Notes: generated by a model from the letters alone, not told the origin. 64,000 nt of DNA from Psammoneis japonica (GCA_008632985.1 QPGO01000058.1:124001-188000); one strand, 5' to 3'. Shown: positions 16,379 to 28,500, counted from the stretch's first letter. Numbers and translations: made by a program.

Positions 16379-16633
16379 CAGGACAAATTGAGCTTTGGTT
16401 CAGCACTGGTTCAGCAAAAATCAATTGCCCTTTGGATGCTGGTTCAGCAAAAAATGTCTTGGTTCAGCACTTTGTTACTTATGGTTTTTGAATTATTGTA
16501 ATTCTATTCTTTTGTTGTTAGAGATAATATAATCCATCTGATAGATCTGAGCGATGCGACGAGTAGACGAGCAGCCGCGAGCCTGTGATTGAGCAAAACA
16601 CAAAACACGCACTTGCCGCAAAAAGCAGGAACA

Positions 16634-17803
16634 ATGGCGTTCATGGGTACACAGCGTGGTGTCATTCCGTCGTGGCGACGTATTTTTCTCTTGTGCATTA
16701 CCCCATGCTATAGTTGGATCCATCCTTTTGGTCATTGTTCTCTGAATCATATTTATACACGACACAAAAAATCGTTTCAGTTGCATTCCACTTATACTGC
16801 TCCTGCTCCGCCACCACAACAAATCATCAATGGTACAGTGACAATTTTGAAAGAAGGAGAGCATTTTCTTGTAGCATCTAAGCCTCGTGAGTTATTTTCA
16901 GATGCTTTTGTTATTTTTCACAGCGTTACTTTCCCCCCAACCCTTTCTCAAATTAAAATCGTGTTCCTCTTTTTCTCCTCAGCCGGTGTCGTTTGTCATC
17001 ACAGCGGTTTCACTGGATCGCGTTCCAAAAAACAAAAAACACCACAGATTCCCATGCTGCAGTGTGTCCGAAAAGCCACGAGTGAACATGACCATGATCG
17101 CGTCAATTTGATTCATCGATTAGACCGTGGTGCCAGTGGTTGTTTGCTTTTTTCTCGAGTCAACAATAGCACCTTGGCGGAAGAGGAAGATCCAACTTGT
17201 ACATTTCAACAAGCCATGACAGAGGCAACGAAAACATATGTGGCTCTAGTTCGTGGAGAAGGAATCTTGCACGGTGAGGACTTGAAGGAACGGGGTTGGT
17301 TCAATGTGACGAGGCCCATCAAGAATCAAAAAGGTGTAGTCAAGGACGCTACTACATTTATTCGATTTGTAGCTGGACAGGATGATGGTCGTAGTACGGT
17401 AGGTGTCGATCGACCGCGGGCCGGTTTGGTCTTGGCACGTCCCGTCACAGGACGATGGCATCAGGTACGACGGCATTTGAATGGATTGAGTCATCCGATA
17501 TTGGGGGATTCGTCCCATGGCAATTCACACGTGAATCGAGAATGGCGAGATCAACGTGGCTTGCCGTATGAACGATGCTGTTTGCACTTGGCAAGACTGC
17601 AAGTTCCAGAAACGCCATATTGTAAGGATGGAATTGATGTTTCCTGCCCTCTTCCGGAGGACATGATGGGTTTACTGGAAACTCATTTGCCACAAGTGCT
17701 GAAGGATGCAGAACCCATATTGCTACAAGAAGGGATTGATCTAAGGGCACGAGACGACACCGGTACCAGAGTCTTGCCATTTCAGTACGCTATACGCCAA
17801 TGA
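16634..17803 (+). CDS. RluA-family pseudouridine synthase (TruC-like), with in-frame 96-nt intron 16887-16982
   Basis: Splicing gives VASKPPGVVCH. Catalytic IHRLDRGASG, KTYVALVRG, PVTGRWHQVRRHL...HPILGD and CLHLARL are present. The N-terminal extension may be an organelle-targeting peptide. Confidence 0.9.
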   Translation: MAFMGTQRGVIPSWRRIFLLCITPCYSWIHPFGHCSLNHIYTRHKKSFQLHSTYTAPAPPPQQIINGTVTILKEGEHFLVASKPRELFSDAFVIFHSVTFPPTLSQIKIVFLFFSSAGVVCHHSGFTGSRSKKQKTPQIPMLQCVRKATSEHDHDRVNLIHRLDRGASGCLLFSRVNNSTLAEEEDPTCTFQQAMTEATKTYVALVRGEGILHGEDLKERGWFNVTRPIKNQKGVVKDATTFIRFVAGQDDGRSTVGVDRPRAGLVLARPVTGRWHQVRRHLNGLSHPILGDSSHGNSHVNREWRDQRGLPYERCCLHLARLQVPETPYCKDGIDVSCPLPEDMMGLLETHLPQVLKDAEPILLQEGIDLRARDDTGTRVLPFQYAIRQ

Positions 17804-17971
17804 TACTTAAAAAGGAAAAGAAAACTACTAAAATAATACCATAGCCGTGTAAACTAGTTGTCTTTATAAGCATCTACTATTTAGTAGATTCATTCGAATA
17901 CGCTTGCTGATTCGTATCTATACGAAGTATGTACTTTCCACACTGATTAGGAAACAATGAGAGATTTCTCA

Positions 17972-18949
17972 TCAACTCAGGCTCCTAATGTCATTGATAA
18001 AGGAAGAGGCAGAGGCCAGCCCAACCTTCCTGGCAACCATCAGTGGCACCACGGGGCTCTTGAGGTGGTTAATGTTTGTCATTTCCGTCTGGTTGGGGTT
18101 GCCTTCAACAGCCTTGAGGAAATGTGCATTGAGCAAGACCTCATTAATGACAGTTGAGTGGTCATCATTATCCGCAATCGGACCAGAGACAGTCCTGGCT
18201 ACCACCAAGTAGGATCCATCGTCCAGGCGGCGTCCGTGCATGAGACAAACAAACTCCAACAGGCGTCGAATAAGAGGAGCCTTGTTGACACTGCGAGTCA
18301 CCTTGGTTTCGCCTTTACCGTACTCTCCATCCTCCGTATCGACACTCTCTTGCCACACATGACGATCAGTGCGACCGTGACTGGAACGATTGTACTCCTT
18401 GACCTTGTTGCTATCCAGAAGGAGTTCAGCAAGGTCTTTTGGAGCCATGTTGACTAATCCAGAACTCTTGACGCACGGCAGGTCGCTTCCATAACCCGAA
18501 TGAGGAACGTTACCAATCCACATCCAAACAGTATCGTCCGTGACTTTCTCTCCCTGACTAATAAGCTTTGCAGTCCTTCGATCAGGAGTCCAGCTCTCCA
18601 AATCGGGCAGGGTCATTGCATACCGCACGAGTTCCGCAACAACCAACTTGACGCGCTCGGGAGACGCCTCATCCAACGCAATCCAGCGCTCATCGACGGT
18701 GGGATGCTTTTCCTTTTCCTCTCTGTGCAGTTCTTCCGAAATCACACCGTGCTCATGCAACTCGTCAACGGGTGTCGCCTTGACACTCGGGCAGAGATTT
18801 GTCAAATCAGACGTTCGTAAGAAACACAGAGACGATCGAGTTTCGGAACTCTCCGATTCTGTCAAGCCAAGACCAGAGTCTGCCTTTTCAACTAGCACTT
18901 CATCTGTATCGGTTGAAGCGGTCAACGTGGGTACTTCCTCCGTAGCCAT
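17972..18949 (-). CDS. START/lipid-binding domain protein
   Basis: LPCVKSSGLV...LAELLLDSNKVKEYNRSS...LEFVCLMHGR...TEMTNINH is a START-like pattern. Normal composition, 325 aa. Confidence 0.75.
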   Translation of the reverse strand: MATEEVPTLTASTDTDEVLVEKADSGLGLTESESSETRSSLCFLRTSDLTNLCPSVKATPVDELHEHGVISEELHREEKEKHPTVDERWIALDEASPERVKLVVAELVRYAMTLPDLESWTPDRRTAKLISQGEKVTDDTVWMWIGNVPHSGYGSDLPCVKSSGLVNMAPKDLAELLLDSNKVKEYNRSSHGRTDRHVWQESVDTEDGEYGKGETKVTRSVNKAPLIRRLLEFVCLMHGRRLDDGSYLVVARTVSGPIADNDDHSTVINEVLLNAHFLKAVEGNPNQTEMTNINHLKSPVVPLMVARKVGLASASSFINDIRSLS

Positions 18950-19964
18950 GGTGTCGTTGATGATTGCAATCTCTGAACTCGTTGTGCAGTGAATGTCGAA
19001 TGTCTTTCGAGGTCTCGCGTGACTGATTTTCCGGATTTGTCGTGTGTGACAGTAACTGGTATGTATTAACGTATGTTATATTCATTGGCTTATGCCTTTA
19101 CTGTACCTCTATCTTTGTATGATAGTACAATTTCAAACTGCCAAAACAGTAAATTTTGTATATAGATCTGAATACAGGAAATCCCGTTATAGCAAATTTC
19201 GAAATCTTAAACATGATATAAGACAATTATTATATGTCTATACCATGAATAAAAATATTCAATATTAATTATTAATATAATTAATAAGCGACAAAATCGA
19301 ACGACAAGCGTTGAGAGCTCTACAGAGCAGACCGCGATTTTCAGCGATTCCAGATTCTTGATCGGCGATCGAGGACCCGCCAAAAAAGGTGAACGACCAA
19401 CGCAACGACCAGGGACCAGCTGTAGGCCCTAGCCTACCGTGCTGTGGCTGTTGTGCTGTGCTGGTGGACAGAGTGACGGGCAAGCCGACATGCCTTTGTC
19501 AGTTTGTGCACTGAAACAAGGAGCCATTCATGATCACCTCTCCAACATGCGGAGTCACCTCAGGAGCCGCTCACGAGGAAAAAAATGGCGGAGCTGCAAA
19601 CAATGTCGAGGAGAAGGAAGAGAAGAAGATGTTCCATGACACTGCTTCACATGTTCGTGTTTTGTTCTTTTGTTGGTGTCTCATCACATCTGGGACACCA
19701 ACAATCCAGGTGTCGCACTGGCCGTCAAGATTTCTTGAAACAAAACCCGACATTTTCTCCCTTTAATCCAAGATCGTGCTGATTTGACGAGTCAGCTTTT
19801 CTGAAATGTTCAACAACAAACATCCATGTTCCTCAATTTGACCATTTGCCCCCCCATCCGACAAGCCTCACGTGTGTGTTTGATTCCATTTTAATTTCTG
19901 GATTGTGCGTTGATCAACTTTCTGGATCAAAATCGCCACCTGTGTCCGTCAATCTAGATTCTAA

Positions 19965-22771
19965 TTGTTTTCTCAATTTTCTCTCCCTGCCCATTCCATC
20001 CTTCCTCCCCGTCCATCCGCACATTGCATCTCTGTGTTTCTGCCCTCACCATGTCCCCAAGTGATTGTTGCTGCACCCACTGTTTGCTTTCGATTCTCTT
20101 CTCAACTCCTTCGTCTGTGTGCATCGGCCATGTTGTCTGATGGTCTTGTTTGTCCATGGTGCAAACGAAGCAGTTTCTTTTCCAAATGTGGCCTCAGCAG
20201 GCACATCGCAACTAACTGCCTCCGTTCCGCCGTTTCCACCAAGTCTTTTGGTTGTCCTCGTTGCGGACAATGTGGACTTGACTCTGAAAACAACGTGCAG
20301 CATCACCCATCTCGGCACTGCACCGCAGCATCTGGTCTCCATCCCCCATTGACACAGTTGCGCCGTACAACCCAATTGTCTTCTTCATCTGGCGGAACAT
20401 CTCTTTCCTCTCATCCTCTGGATTCTGCCTCCGTCGGCTCCCTTGGATCCAACACCAACAAACCCAAATGTCCCCACTGCTGTGTTCCCTTTTCCAACAT
20501 CGCCCTTCATCTACAGAAGTGCTCACCCTGCCGTGAAAAAGAGGAAATGTCCCTTCGCCTGCATGCCGCATCTTCTGCTGCCGCCCATGCACTTCCCCCT
20601 CCAGATGACGACCATGATGAATCACTGGACGACCATGACGATCCTGCTGGGTTTGGTTTCTCCGACGACGAACCCCCTCCTCCCCTCCCCGAAGTCCTTT
20701 GGAATCCAGCTCCATCTCCTCCCACACCAAAGGACAATTCTTCTCCAGCTTGTCCTCCCTCTGCCGGAAGTGGACTGCGCCCACCCTCTGTCAGACGCTC
20801 TGGTCGATTGCGCTCAGCTGCCAACTTTGCTGCTGCTGGTGCAGCCTCCCAAAATGTCCGCCGATTTGTTTTGTTTGCAGATGATGGTGTGTCCGCCCTT
20901 GGAGAAGACAGTCCTGTGGATGTTCCCGAGTTCATTGGAGCCGACCATTGCGATGGCAGTTGTGGCCCCCCCTCAATTTCCCGTCCGATGGAAGATCCTG
21001 TTTCCTCCCTCGATCAACACAACCCTCTTGGCCCGCCGCGTGATGTCGCACCCGATGAGGATTTCGATGTGCCTCCAGTCTGCTTGCCCAGCATCGCACC
21101 CATGGTGCATTTGCTGCATTTGTGTCGTCGGTCAGGTGTTGCAATTGACTTTGTCAACAAAGCAGTGAGAATTTTGCATGAAGAGCATGCAGAAAAACTG
21201 CTGGATTTGTCCAAGCCACCCATCACTGCCGCCATGGCGATGAAGCAACTCCTGGGGTTATTTCCCAATGTTCCTCTCCCCCGCACTGCCACTGTGATGC
21301 TAGAATGTGACAATCCAACACAGCAACAGAAGGATGGACCCAAATGTCATCGCTCCCCACCTTTCCTGGTTTGCAGTTTCACCAAGACCTTGCAGGATCT
21401 CTTCACCGAGCCAGTGTTCCGTGATCTTTCCAAGTTGCAGGTTAATCCAAATGATGTCTGGTCACCTCATGTGCCACCCCCCACCGACGGCAATTTGGAA
21501 CCCAGCGCCAGCCCAGCTGACGGTTTTGAGATGTCGTTCCCGGATTGTCCTGGGGACTGGCGATTGTCCACTCAAAGTCAAGACATGGGTGACGGCGAGT
21601 GGCAACAACGTTGCACCAATGCAAAGGAAACGGCATCTGATTTTCACGTTCACCTTGTCAATTGCTTGGACAAGACCGGAGTTGGTGCGGTCAATCCTCA
21701 CGGGATGGAGCCTGCAATGTGCTCACTTGCCATGATTCGAGAGGACGCATGCCATGACCACTGTTGTTGGCATCCACTCGGATTCATGCCCAATTTGGAC
21801 AGGAAAGACAAGAAAGACAAGCTTGGGTGCCTTGTTGTTGCCAACCATCACCGCATTCTCAAGGAGGTCCTCCGTGGTCTGCTTCATTGCCAGGCAAATC
21901 CACCCATTGTTCGTGCAATGACAGGCACTCAACACCGCCATGTCAGAGCTGTGACACATTGCAACTCCCTGTTGGGGGACATCCTCAATCAAGAACGCAT
22001 TTGTGGAAGAGTCATGGGCTGAAGCAAGACCGAGAGGTTGTCTCACAACTGCCATGTGCCCTCCCACCGTTCTGATGACCCCCTTCATGTCTGCCAATTT
22101 TTTAACCAAGCTTTCACAGAGTTGCTCACTGTGGCTGCATTGGGTCCGGATCCAGAGGATGACAACAGCCGTTGGCACCAGTGTGTTGAAAGCGTTTCCC
22201 GGAAACATCCTGCAATGACATAAAAAAAAAGGCTGAGACTGAGCTGGCTTCATCCCTCATTTGCCGAATGACCACATGCTCCAAAATTTTGAGAAAAGTG
22301 TTTGGACAGCACGCAGTGGACAATGCTTGCTTTCCACTTGACATGGGAGACAACCCACGTGGTGCATTTGGCATGACCATTGCTGACACAATGCATGTGT
22401 TGGAGGCGGGCATTGTCCCTCAAATGATGGAGGCAATCATTGGAGAGATGTCTGCCAAACAGAAAGAGGAGTGCGACCACATTGCATCTGAGTTGTTCTG
22501 CACATCCCATTGTCGTCTAGGTCAGAGATGTGACTGCCCACAAATTCGAGTTAACGGGGGACTTTCCACACTCAGTCAAGAAACAGAGTCACCCAAACAA
22601 TGTCTGTTCACTGCTCAACATGAGTTGATCAGCGACTTGGACAAGATTTGGGAGAATGTGGTTTGCTGTGGGAGATGTGCTTTATGTCACGATGCTGTGC
22701 AGCCCAGTGTCAAGTGCACAAGCAAAAAAGTGACACCAAAGGCATGCATTGCCATGCACACGCATCAATGA
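19965..22771 (+). pseudogene. Decayed Plavaka-like transposase with N-terminal C2H2-like Zn fingers
   Basis: Motifs CLDKTG...PHGMEPAMCSL, WHPLGFMPNL, NHHRILKEVL, LLGDILNQERICGR, and HAVDNAC...DMGDNPRG...DTMHVLEAGI, recognised by eye as Plavaka-type. There is no Tyr in the 685-aa ORF. Confidence 0.7.
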
Positions 22772-22897
22772 AAAACTGACACCAAATTCTTCTGTTGACA
22801 AACATGTTTAACAACAGAAAAGTGATGCCGAATTGCTTTGTTAACAAATGGTTCTAACAACAAAAAAGTGACACCAAATTGCTCTGTCAACAGATGG
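22772..22897. repeat. 46-bp tandem repeat, about 2.7 copies
   Basis: Units begin at 22772, 22818 and 22864 (AAAA(C/G)TGA(CA/TG)CC(A/G)AATT...GT(TG/TA/CA)AC). Confidence 0.85.
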
Positions 22898-23373
22898 GTG
22901 CATTTCTAAAAAAGTGACAGTTTGTTTGTGGTGCGGAATGTGTGGTGGATGGAAGCTTTTGCTTTGTGTCTGCCGCTGTGGTGATGTGAAAATGTCTCAC
23001 ATCATCACCAACAGAATTGTGAGCAACAAAATTGTTTTCCATGCTTTTGAGACAGCTGGGATGACCAATTTAATGAGATCATTCAGTGAACAGGATCGAC
23101 GAAGATCACATCACACGTGACCATTTGTGAAAAAAACGTCTGTGATGCACCCGACAGATGGACTGCCATTGTCAAAACATCACATGGGACTGTTTGCGAA
23201 AAAAACACCCGTGGTGCCCACAACAGACAGACTGCCGTTGGCAACACACATTCAGCGAGAAAGCCGTTTTCGTTGCAAAGCAATGGGTGCGGACTTTCGC
23301 TACATTGGGTCTGTTCCACTTTAAGAAAAAGACTGGGCACCATTTGATTTGGCAGAACAGGCAACTTCAGAGA

Positions 23374-24100
23374 ATGGCGCGGAAGTGTTCTGTGAACGGA
23401 TGCCAGAAATTTGCCCGTTGGCCGACAATGTTGTGCCAGAAACATGGCAAGTTGCTGACACACCCGGGCGAAATGAAATCTCATGTCGTCAAGAGCAAGA
23501 AGGTGGGGTCCAAAGAAAGAGAGCACCAGGAAAGAAAAAAAGGCTGCTTGCAAAAATTCAAAACACCACCACCCCTGCTCAACAAGATGACAATGCTTGC
23601 AAACAAGGCACCAAGCAGGAAGGGAGAAAAGGAAGGACACCATTTGTCGGCGAGTTTGCCATTGACAAAAAGGAAAAGGCGGAAGGCATTGGGTTGGCAG
23701 AAAAAATGTTGGAGTTCATTCCTGGCTTTCCCCTGGCGGGTGATTCAAGCAGAAAGACATCCCGGCACACAGCAGCAAACGCTCCTGCTTCAAGTTCAAG
23801 ATCAACTTCTGGTCAAAGGGGGAAATTCATCGCGATTGCGTGGAAACAAAATCATCACCTGGCAACAAATTTTTCACCATGTTTCTGTTCCTTGATGACA
23901 CAACGGAGCACAATGGTGCAGTGGAGATGTGGCCGGACAGTTGTGAGGTGACATTGAATGAGAAGGAATGCGAAAGACAATTGGTCAGGTTGGGTTTGGA
24001 AAAACAATCACTGGTTGGAGAAGCAGGCACTGCATTTGTTTTGATGCAAGAATGTTGCGCCGGCAAGCGTGCGAACACAGCAAGCGTGTGAACAAGCATG
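23374..24100 (+). pseudogene. Decayed Zn-finger (CxxxxC...CxxHG) plus PhyH-like 2OG-Fe(II) dioxygenase
   Basis: RKCSVNGCQKFARWPTMLCQKHG, then across frameshifts EIHRD (HxD), FFTMFLFLDDTTEHNGAVEMWPDS and GEAGTAFV-FDARML. Confidence 0.5.
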
Positions 24101-25639
24101 TGTTGGAACACAAAACTGGCGAAGCAGCAAGTTGACACAGGCACAAAGTGGGTTTGTGTAAAGGGCAATTGACAATGCATTGCTTGCATGGACGACAGTT
24201 GCATTGCAACAAAGTGAAATTGCAAAGTCACCCACTTTTGGCAGGCTTGAATTTACGTTTGATGTCAGACCCTGGGTCGTTCCCAGTGGAATGCCTGGTC
24301 TCCACGGCATCGTCTCTTTTCTTGGCGCACTTGTGAAGTGGGTGCCTGTTGACACCGCCTCCCCACAACAGATTGTCTGGACAGGCAGGAACAAAGAATG
24401 CTCCATGCCTCCATTTGTGCGTGTGAACACAAAACATCACGTCCAGTGAAATGACAATGGTGCCTTCAGGACACTCGTTGGACAGCATCTCCTCAAGTTG
24501 GTTCTGTGTCGCATTGTTGTCAAAAAGCATTTGCCCATTGTGGCCATTGAAGAAAATCTTTAAGTTGTTCAGACGGCACAACCGACGAACAGCATCGTCT
24601 TCTGAGAGGAAGTCCTGATTGATCAGGGTGGGAAGCGACTGGTGTTGTTGTGCCATGTGGCATCACACCACTGAGAGCCAAGATCATGACTGGGATGGTG
24701 GAACTCGATGCTGCAGGCATCACAGGCAGGAACAAGCAGACGACAGGCAATCGCAAAACCGCCAACACCACCACCAACGTCAAGGAAATTAAAACGGCTT
24801 CGAATTTGTGCCGCAAAGAGAGCGGGGTTACAAATGACCTCGGCGGAGAAGGCAAAGCTTGCCGCACCACCATGTGATTCCACACCACCACCAGCAAAAC
24901 GACCAATTTGATCGTCAATTGGTGGCATGTGATTGCAGTGGAGGGAACACGCATTCCTGTGACGGGAACGACTCACGACAACCACATCTCAGTGACAACA
25001 ACACACTTCAGTGGACATTAAAGTGGGTTGGAAAATTTGGGCAACAGAGAGAGCAACTGGACAAATGTGGTGTCGGGGAAGCAGAGGGAATGACCTGTTA
25101 AGACAGGGACAACAAATGGGAGGTTTGACACGACTCAACACACCAAAGGAAGCAGATGTTGCATCAACAAGGAAGCGCAATGCATGCACTGACTTGAGGA
25201 GATACAACACATTGTTTGGCATTGATTTAAATGACATGGCAATCTTCATTGGTGTGTTGGATTGGCCAAAAAAGGTGCGCAATTCAAAACAGTGAAACGT
25301 TGATAGAAATGCAAACATGGGGCAGGGAATGAGAACTCAAAAATGACACAAAGACCTGTTTGAATCGAGAGAGGACACGCGAGCAATGACAAAACCGAGA
25401 AAATCACATGCAAAAGTGCGTTCTTTTTGCAACTTGCCTTTCATGAAGCGACAGGAAAGGACGGAAGTTCCAAAAAAGAGGAAGCCATTGGGAAGGTAAA
25501 AAAAAATGGAGGATGCGGTTCTCACAGGAGTGACGGAGGGAGGAAGCGCAACTTCCAGCGGCAAGTGAGATCGAGAAAGGACATGACAAAGAATTGCTGA
25601 TGAACTGACATGGTCATTGGATTGATCTGTGTGGTGTCA

Positions 25640-26620
25640 CATGAAGTCACCATGAGTCCTGCAGTGGCGGCCTTGTTGCATGCACAAAGAAACAAACATG
25701 GGGAATTGAACAGATTCCAGCATGCAGGTGGCGATTCAAGTTCGGTGGTGACTCCCACAGAGGGATGTCTTGTGTTGGATCGTGCATCGGCGGTGAGCGA
25801 GAAATTGATGGCATCGATGTTGACCAAGGTCATCAATGAGAGTGTTTGGCCATGTTGCAAGTTCACAATCTTCGATCATGAACTCGCCGTGGGAGGAGAT
25901 CACATGAAATTGGTTCTGCAGGAGTTGAGGAGCATGGTGTCTTCACCGGAGAAGTTCTGGGAAGAATGCAAAGAGGTGCTCAGGACCAAACTCAACCGAA
26001 AGAGGAACAATGTGCAGGACAACATCAGGAGGAGAATGACAGGCAAGCAGATGTGTGCATGCCGGTGATTGTGTTGGAGGTGATTGTCCAACGGGATGAG
26101 TGTCTCTTCCTTTGCCATTGTCTGTGCAGTTGCTGCTTTAGAGGGATCGCTGGTGGCTTGCAAAGACTTGACAAAGGGAAGAAATGACAAGGACACACGC
26201 GTGTGGTTCTTGGAAACTGTGGTGCCGACAGTGGTGGGACAAGCGCAGTTTGGCAGAAGCACAACCAACATGCTTCAGGAATGGCTTTCGGTTTCGTCGG
26301 AGGCATTTGCTCTGCTGGTGTGCTTGAACTGCTGCAACAAGGTGAAGGACACGGCAGAGAAATTGGAAAAGGAGGAAAACATTGCAAGGAGAAGAAAGCC
26401 AACTGTGAAAGATGCTGCTCCTGCAAAGTGCACAGCGCAGGCGGCGGGGGAATCGGCAAAGAGGAACCAAGGATGGAGCAAGGAGGGGATCGAGAAGTGC
26501 AATGATCCATGTCACAACCAGGGATTCGGTGCATGGTTCAAGGAGAGAAGACAAACTTGTCTCAGGAGGAAAACAAGAAACGCAAAAGAGAGGAAAAAAG
26601 AAAGGAGAGAGAGGAAGGAT
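25640..26620 (+). pseudogene. Decayed transposon accessory ORF (2 exons) of the type found with diatom Plavaka-like elements
   Basis: VWPCCKF...FWEECK...LNRKRNNV and SSEAFALLVCLNCC...KCT...GWSKEGIEKCN match a recalled pattern SxEAFALL..NY..KYT..GWSxEGI..YN, with Tyr replaced by Cys. Confidence 0.55.
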
Positions 26621-27158
26621 GGGCGGCACCAATGGGAGAGGACCTGCCATTGCAGGCAGTGGCTGCAGGCAACGGAGCGGCAGCAAACACCGCAATGGCC
26701 ACCAACCAAACTGGTGTGTAAACTCAGTTTGAAACAAACAACAATGTCTGGACAAGTGAAAATAAAAAAAAACATTCTGCGATCGGCCCAGATGCAACAA
26801 CATGTGGCAATTGGGAATTTGGGTTTGAAAACGGCACAGCAATGAGATGAAATGTAGGCAAGTTGGCAGAAAAGGAGGGTGGATTGCAAGCAGCAACATT
26901 TGTGTTAAAAGAACGAGAAACCCCAATGTTAATTGGGGCGCAGGTCTGCATTGTGTGAAAGGAATGATCACACTTAGAAGTGAGAAGCGATTTGGGGTTT
27001 AGAAGCTCACAAACTTGCACAGTTCTCATGTATGTTCAAGGAGAGAATTGGCCCACAAGGTGACAAAAATCTGGCATTAAAGTCAAGAAATGCCCAGATT
27101 ATGGCAGACGGTCAGACCCAGATTATTGGCGTCCCAGATGCAGTGTGGCTTGATTTAA

Positions 27159-27940
27159 ATGAAGAATCGAGCAAGCCGTTTTGGGAAACTCGTTCAGAAC
27201 GACAGAGGCAAGAGTCGTCAACGGATTCGAAGCAATGTGATGAAGCCGACCTTGCCGTTTAGCCGACATGCGCATTGCAATTTTCATGACAACACATGTG
27301 AGTGTGGAGCATTGCGATTTCTTAAAAGCCACTGCTGGGCAAAGTCTGCAACAAAGTTTCCGCTTTTGAGTCAATCCGATCTCACATTTCATGCGTCTCA
27401 AAAAGACAATCATCCCATCGATTTGTTGGAAAGTTTTGGATTTCGAAATGTCATTGTACAAACATGCCAGCAGCCTCACTGTGCAAACAAATGGAAATTT
27501 CCATTGTTCCGTTTGCCAGAAACGTCTTTTTTGAAAGAAGCACAGAAACAGAGTGGGGCCAAGCAAGCCGTGGTGGATCCATTTGCAAAGCATTGCTTTG
27601 ATGACTGTGATTTTGTCATTCGCATTAATCCCAACATCCTGTTTCGTGATGATCAATGGGTGATCAAGCAGATTCTTGACCCATCCATTGATGCCATTTT
27701 GGCAAAGGGCATCCCACGACCGCCACAATGGCAATGTCAACAAGGCCACAATGACACGCCAATCCTGTTGCACGCGGATTTTGCAGGGTTTCGACCCTCA
27801 CGCATGAATGCATCGGCACTTGTGTGGCAAGCCGAGCACAATGAAAGAGATGCAGCGGAGGAACACTTGTCAAAAGCGTGGAATTCATTGGCCACATCGG
27901 ATCGAGCAGCATGGAGTTGGTCTGGTTTTCCTCGAGCATT
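27159..27940 (+). pseudogene. Decayed host-type gene, possibly glycosyltransferase-like
   Basis: FVIRINPNILFRDDQWVIKQILDPSIDAIL...LHADFAGFRP...AEEHLS reads as a real protein but contains no Tyr before the N gap. Confidence 0.4.
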
Positions 27941-27964
27941 NNNNNNNNNNNNNNNNNNNNNNNN
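27941..27964. other. Assembly gap (24 N)
   Basis: Run of n in the sequence. Confidence 0.99.
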
Positions 27965-28500
27965 GCGCCTGTCATGCATCGACATGAAATTCTCAAGGAC
28001 TGCCCCAACTGTTTCGCTGCTGCGGATGGCAAATGGCACTGATGTCAAGGATTTTAGAGACAAGGAATGCTGCAGGTTCTACTCTGATGAATGGCATTGA
28101 CAGCCACCCAAGAAGCTGCACGCATCTGAAAACTGGACTCTGCCAGGCCCACTCTCTTGCTAACTAACTTTCAACTTGCCATTCCCGGCACCGTCTGCAA
28201 TCACACCAGGGCAGTTCAACCCCTTCAGAAAACGCTTCTTTCACTCTAAAGAGTGATCTTCACTGATGTGATGTAAGAATCGGGGGGGGGGGGGGCAGCA
28301 GATGCCCAACGATGATTGGGACGACTTGAACGAATAGGTACAATCTCGCGCGAACTTCAAATCTGCTGGGTCGAAGTCGGTCGCGAGTCGTCGTCTTGAG
28401 TCGCTTGTCAACAACATATTCAATATGTTCAATCTGGTAACTTGTCACCCCCCGCTTATATGTACAGTGCGTGTTGCTAGGTTAGCTCGAAGAAGCCACC

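Larger units (their letters stand above)
19440..28250. mobile_element. TpA-depleted block C containing a Plavaka-like transposon and cargo or adjacent gene remnants
   Basis: TA is nearly absent while CG is largely retained at 20-22 kb. Contains the transposase and accessory ORF remnants listed separately. Confidence 0.75.

Noticed and set aside
22772..23250. CRISPR-like array from the 46-bp and ~68-bp repeats
   Set aside because: These are head-to-tail degenerate tandem units with no unique spacers, in a eukaryotic context with no cas genes.
19440..28250. Endogenous virus or alternative genetic code as the cause of the odd composition
   Set aside because: No viral hallmark genes were recognised. 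TA loss also affects non-coding repeats and all frames, and it damages conserved motifs.
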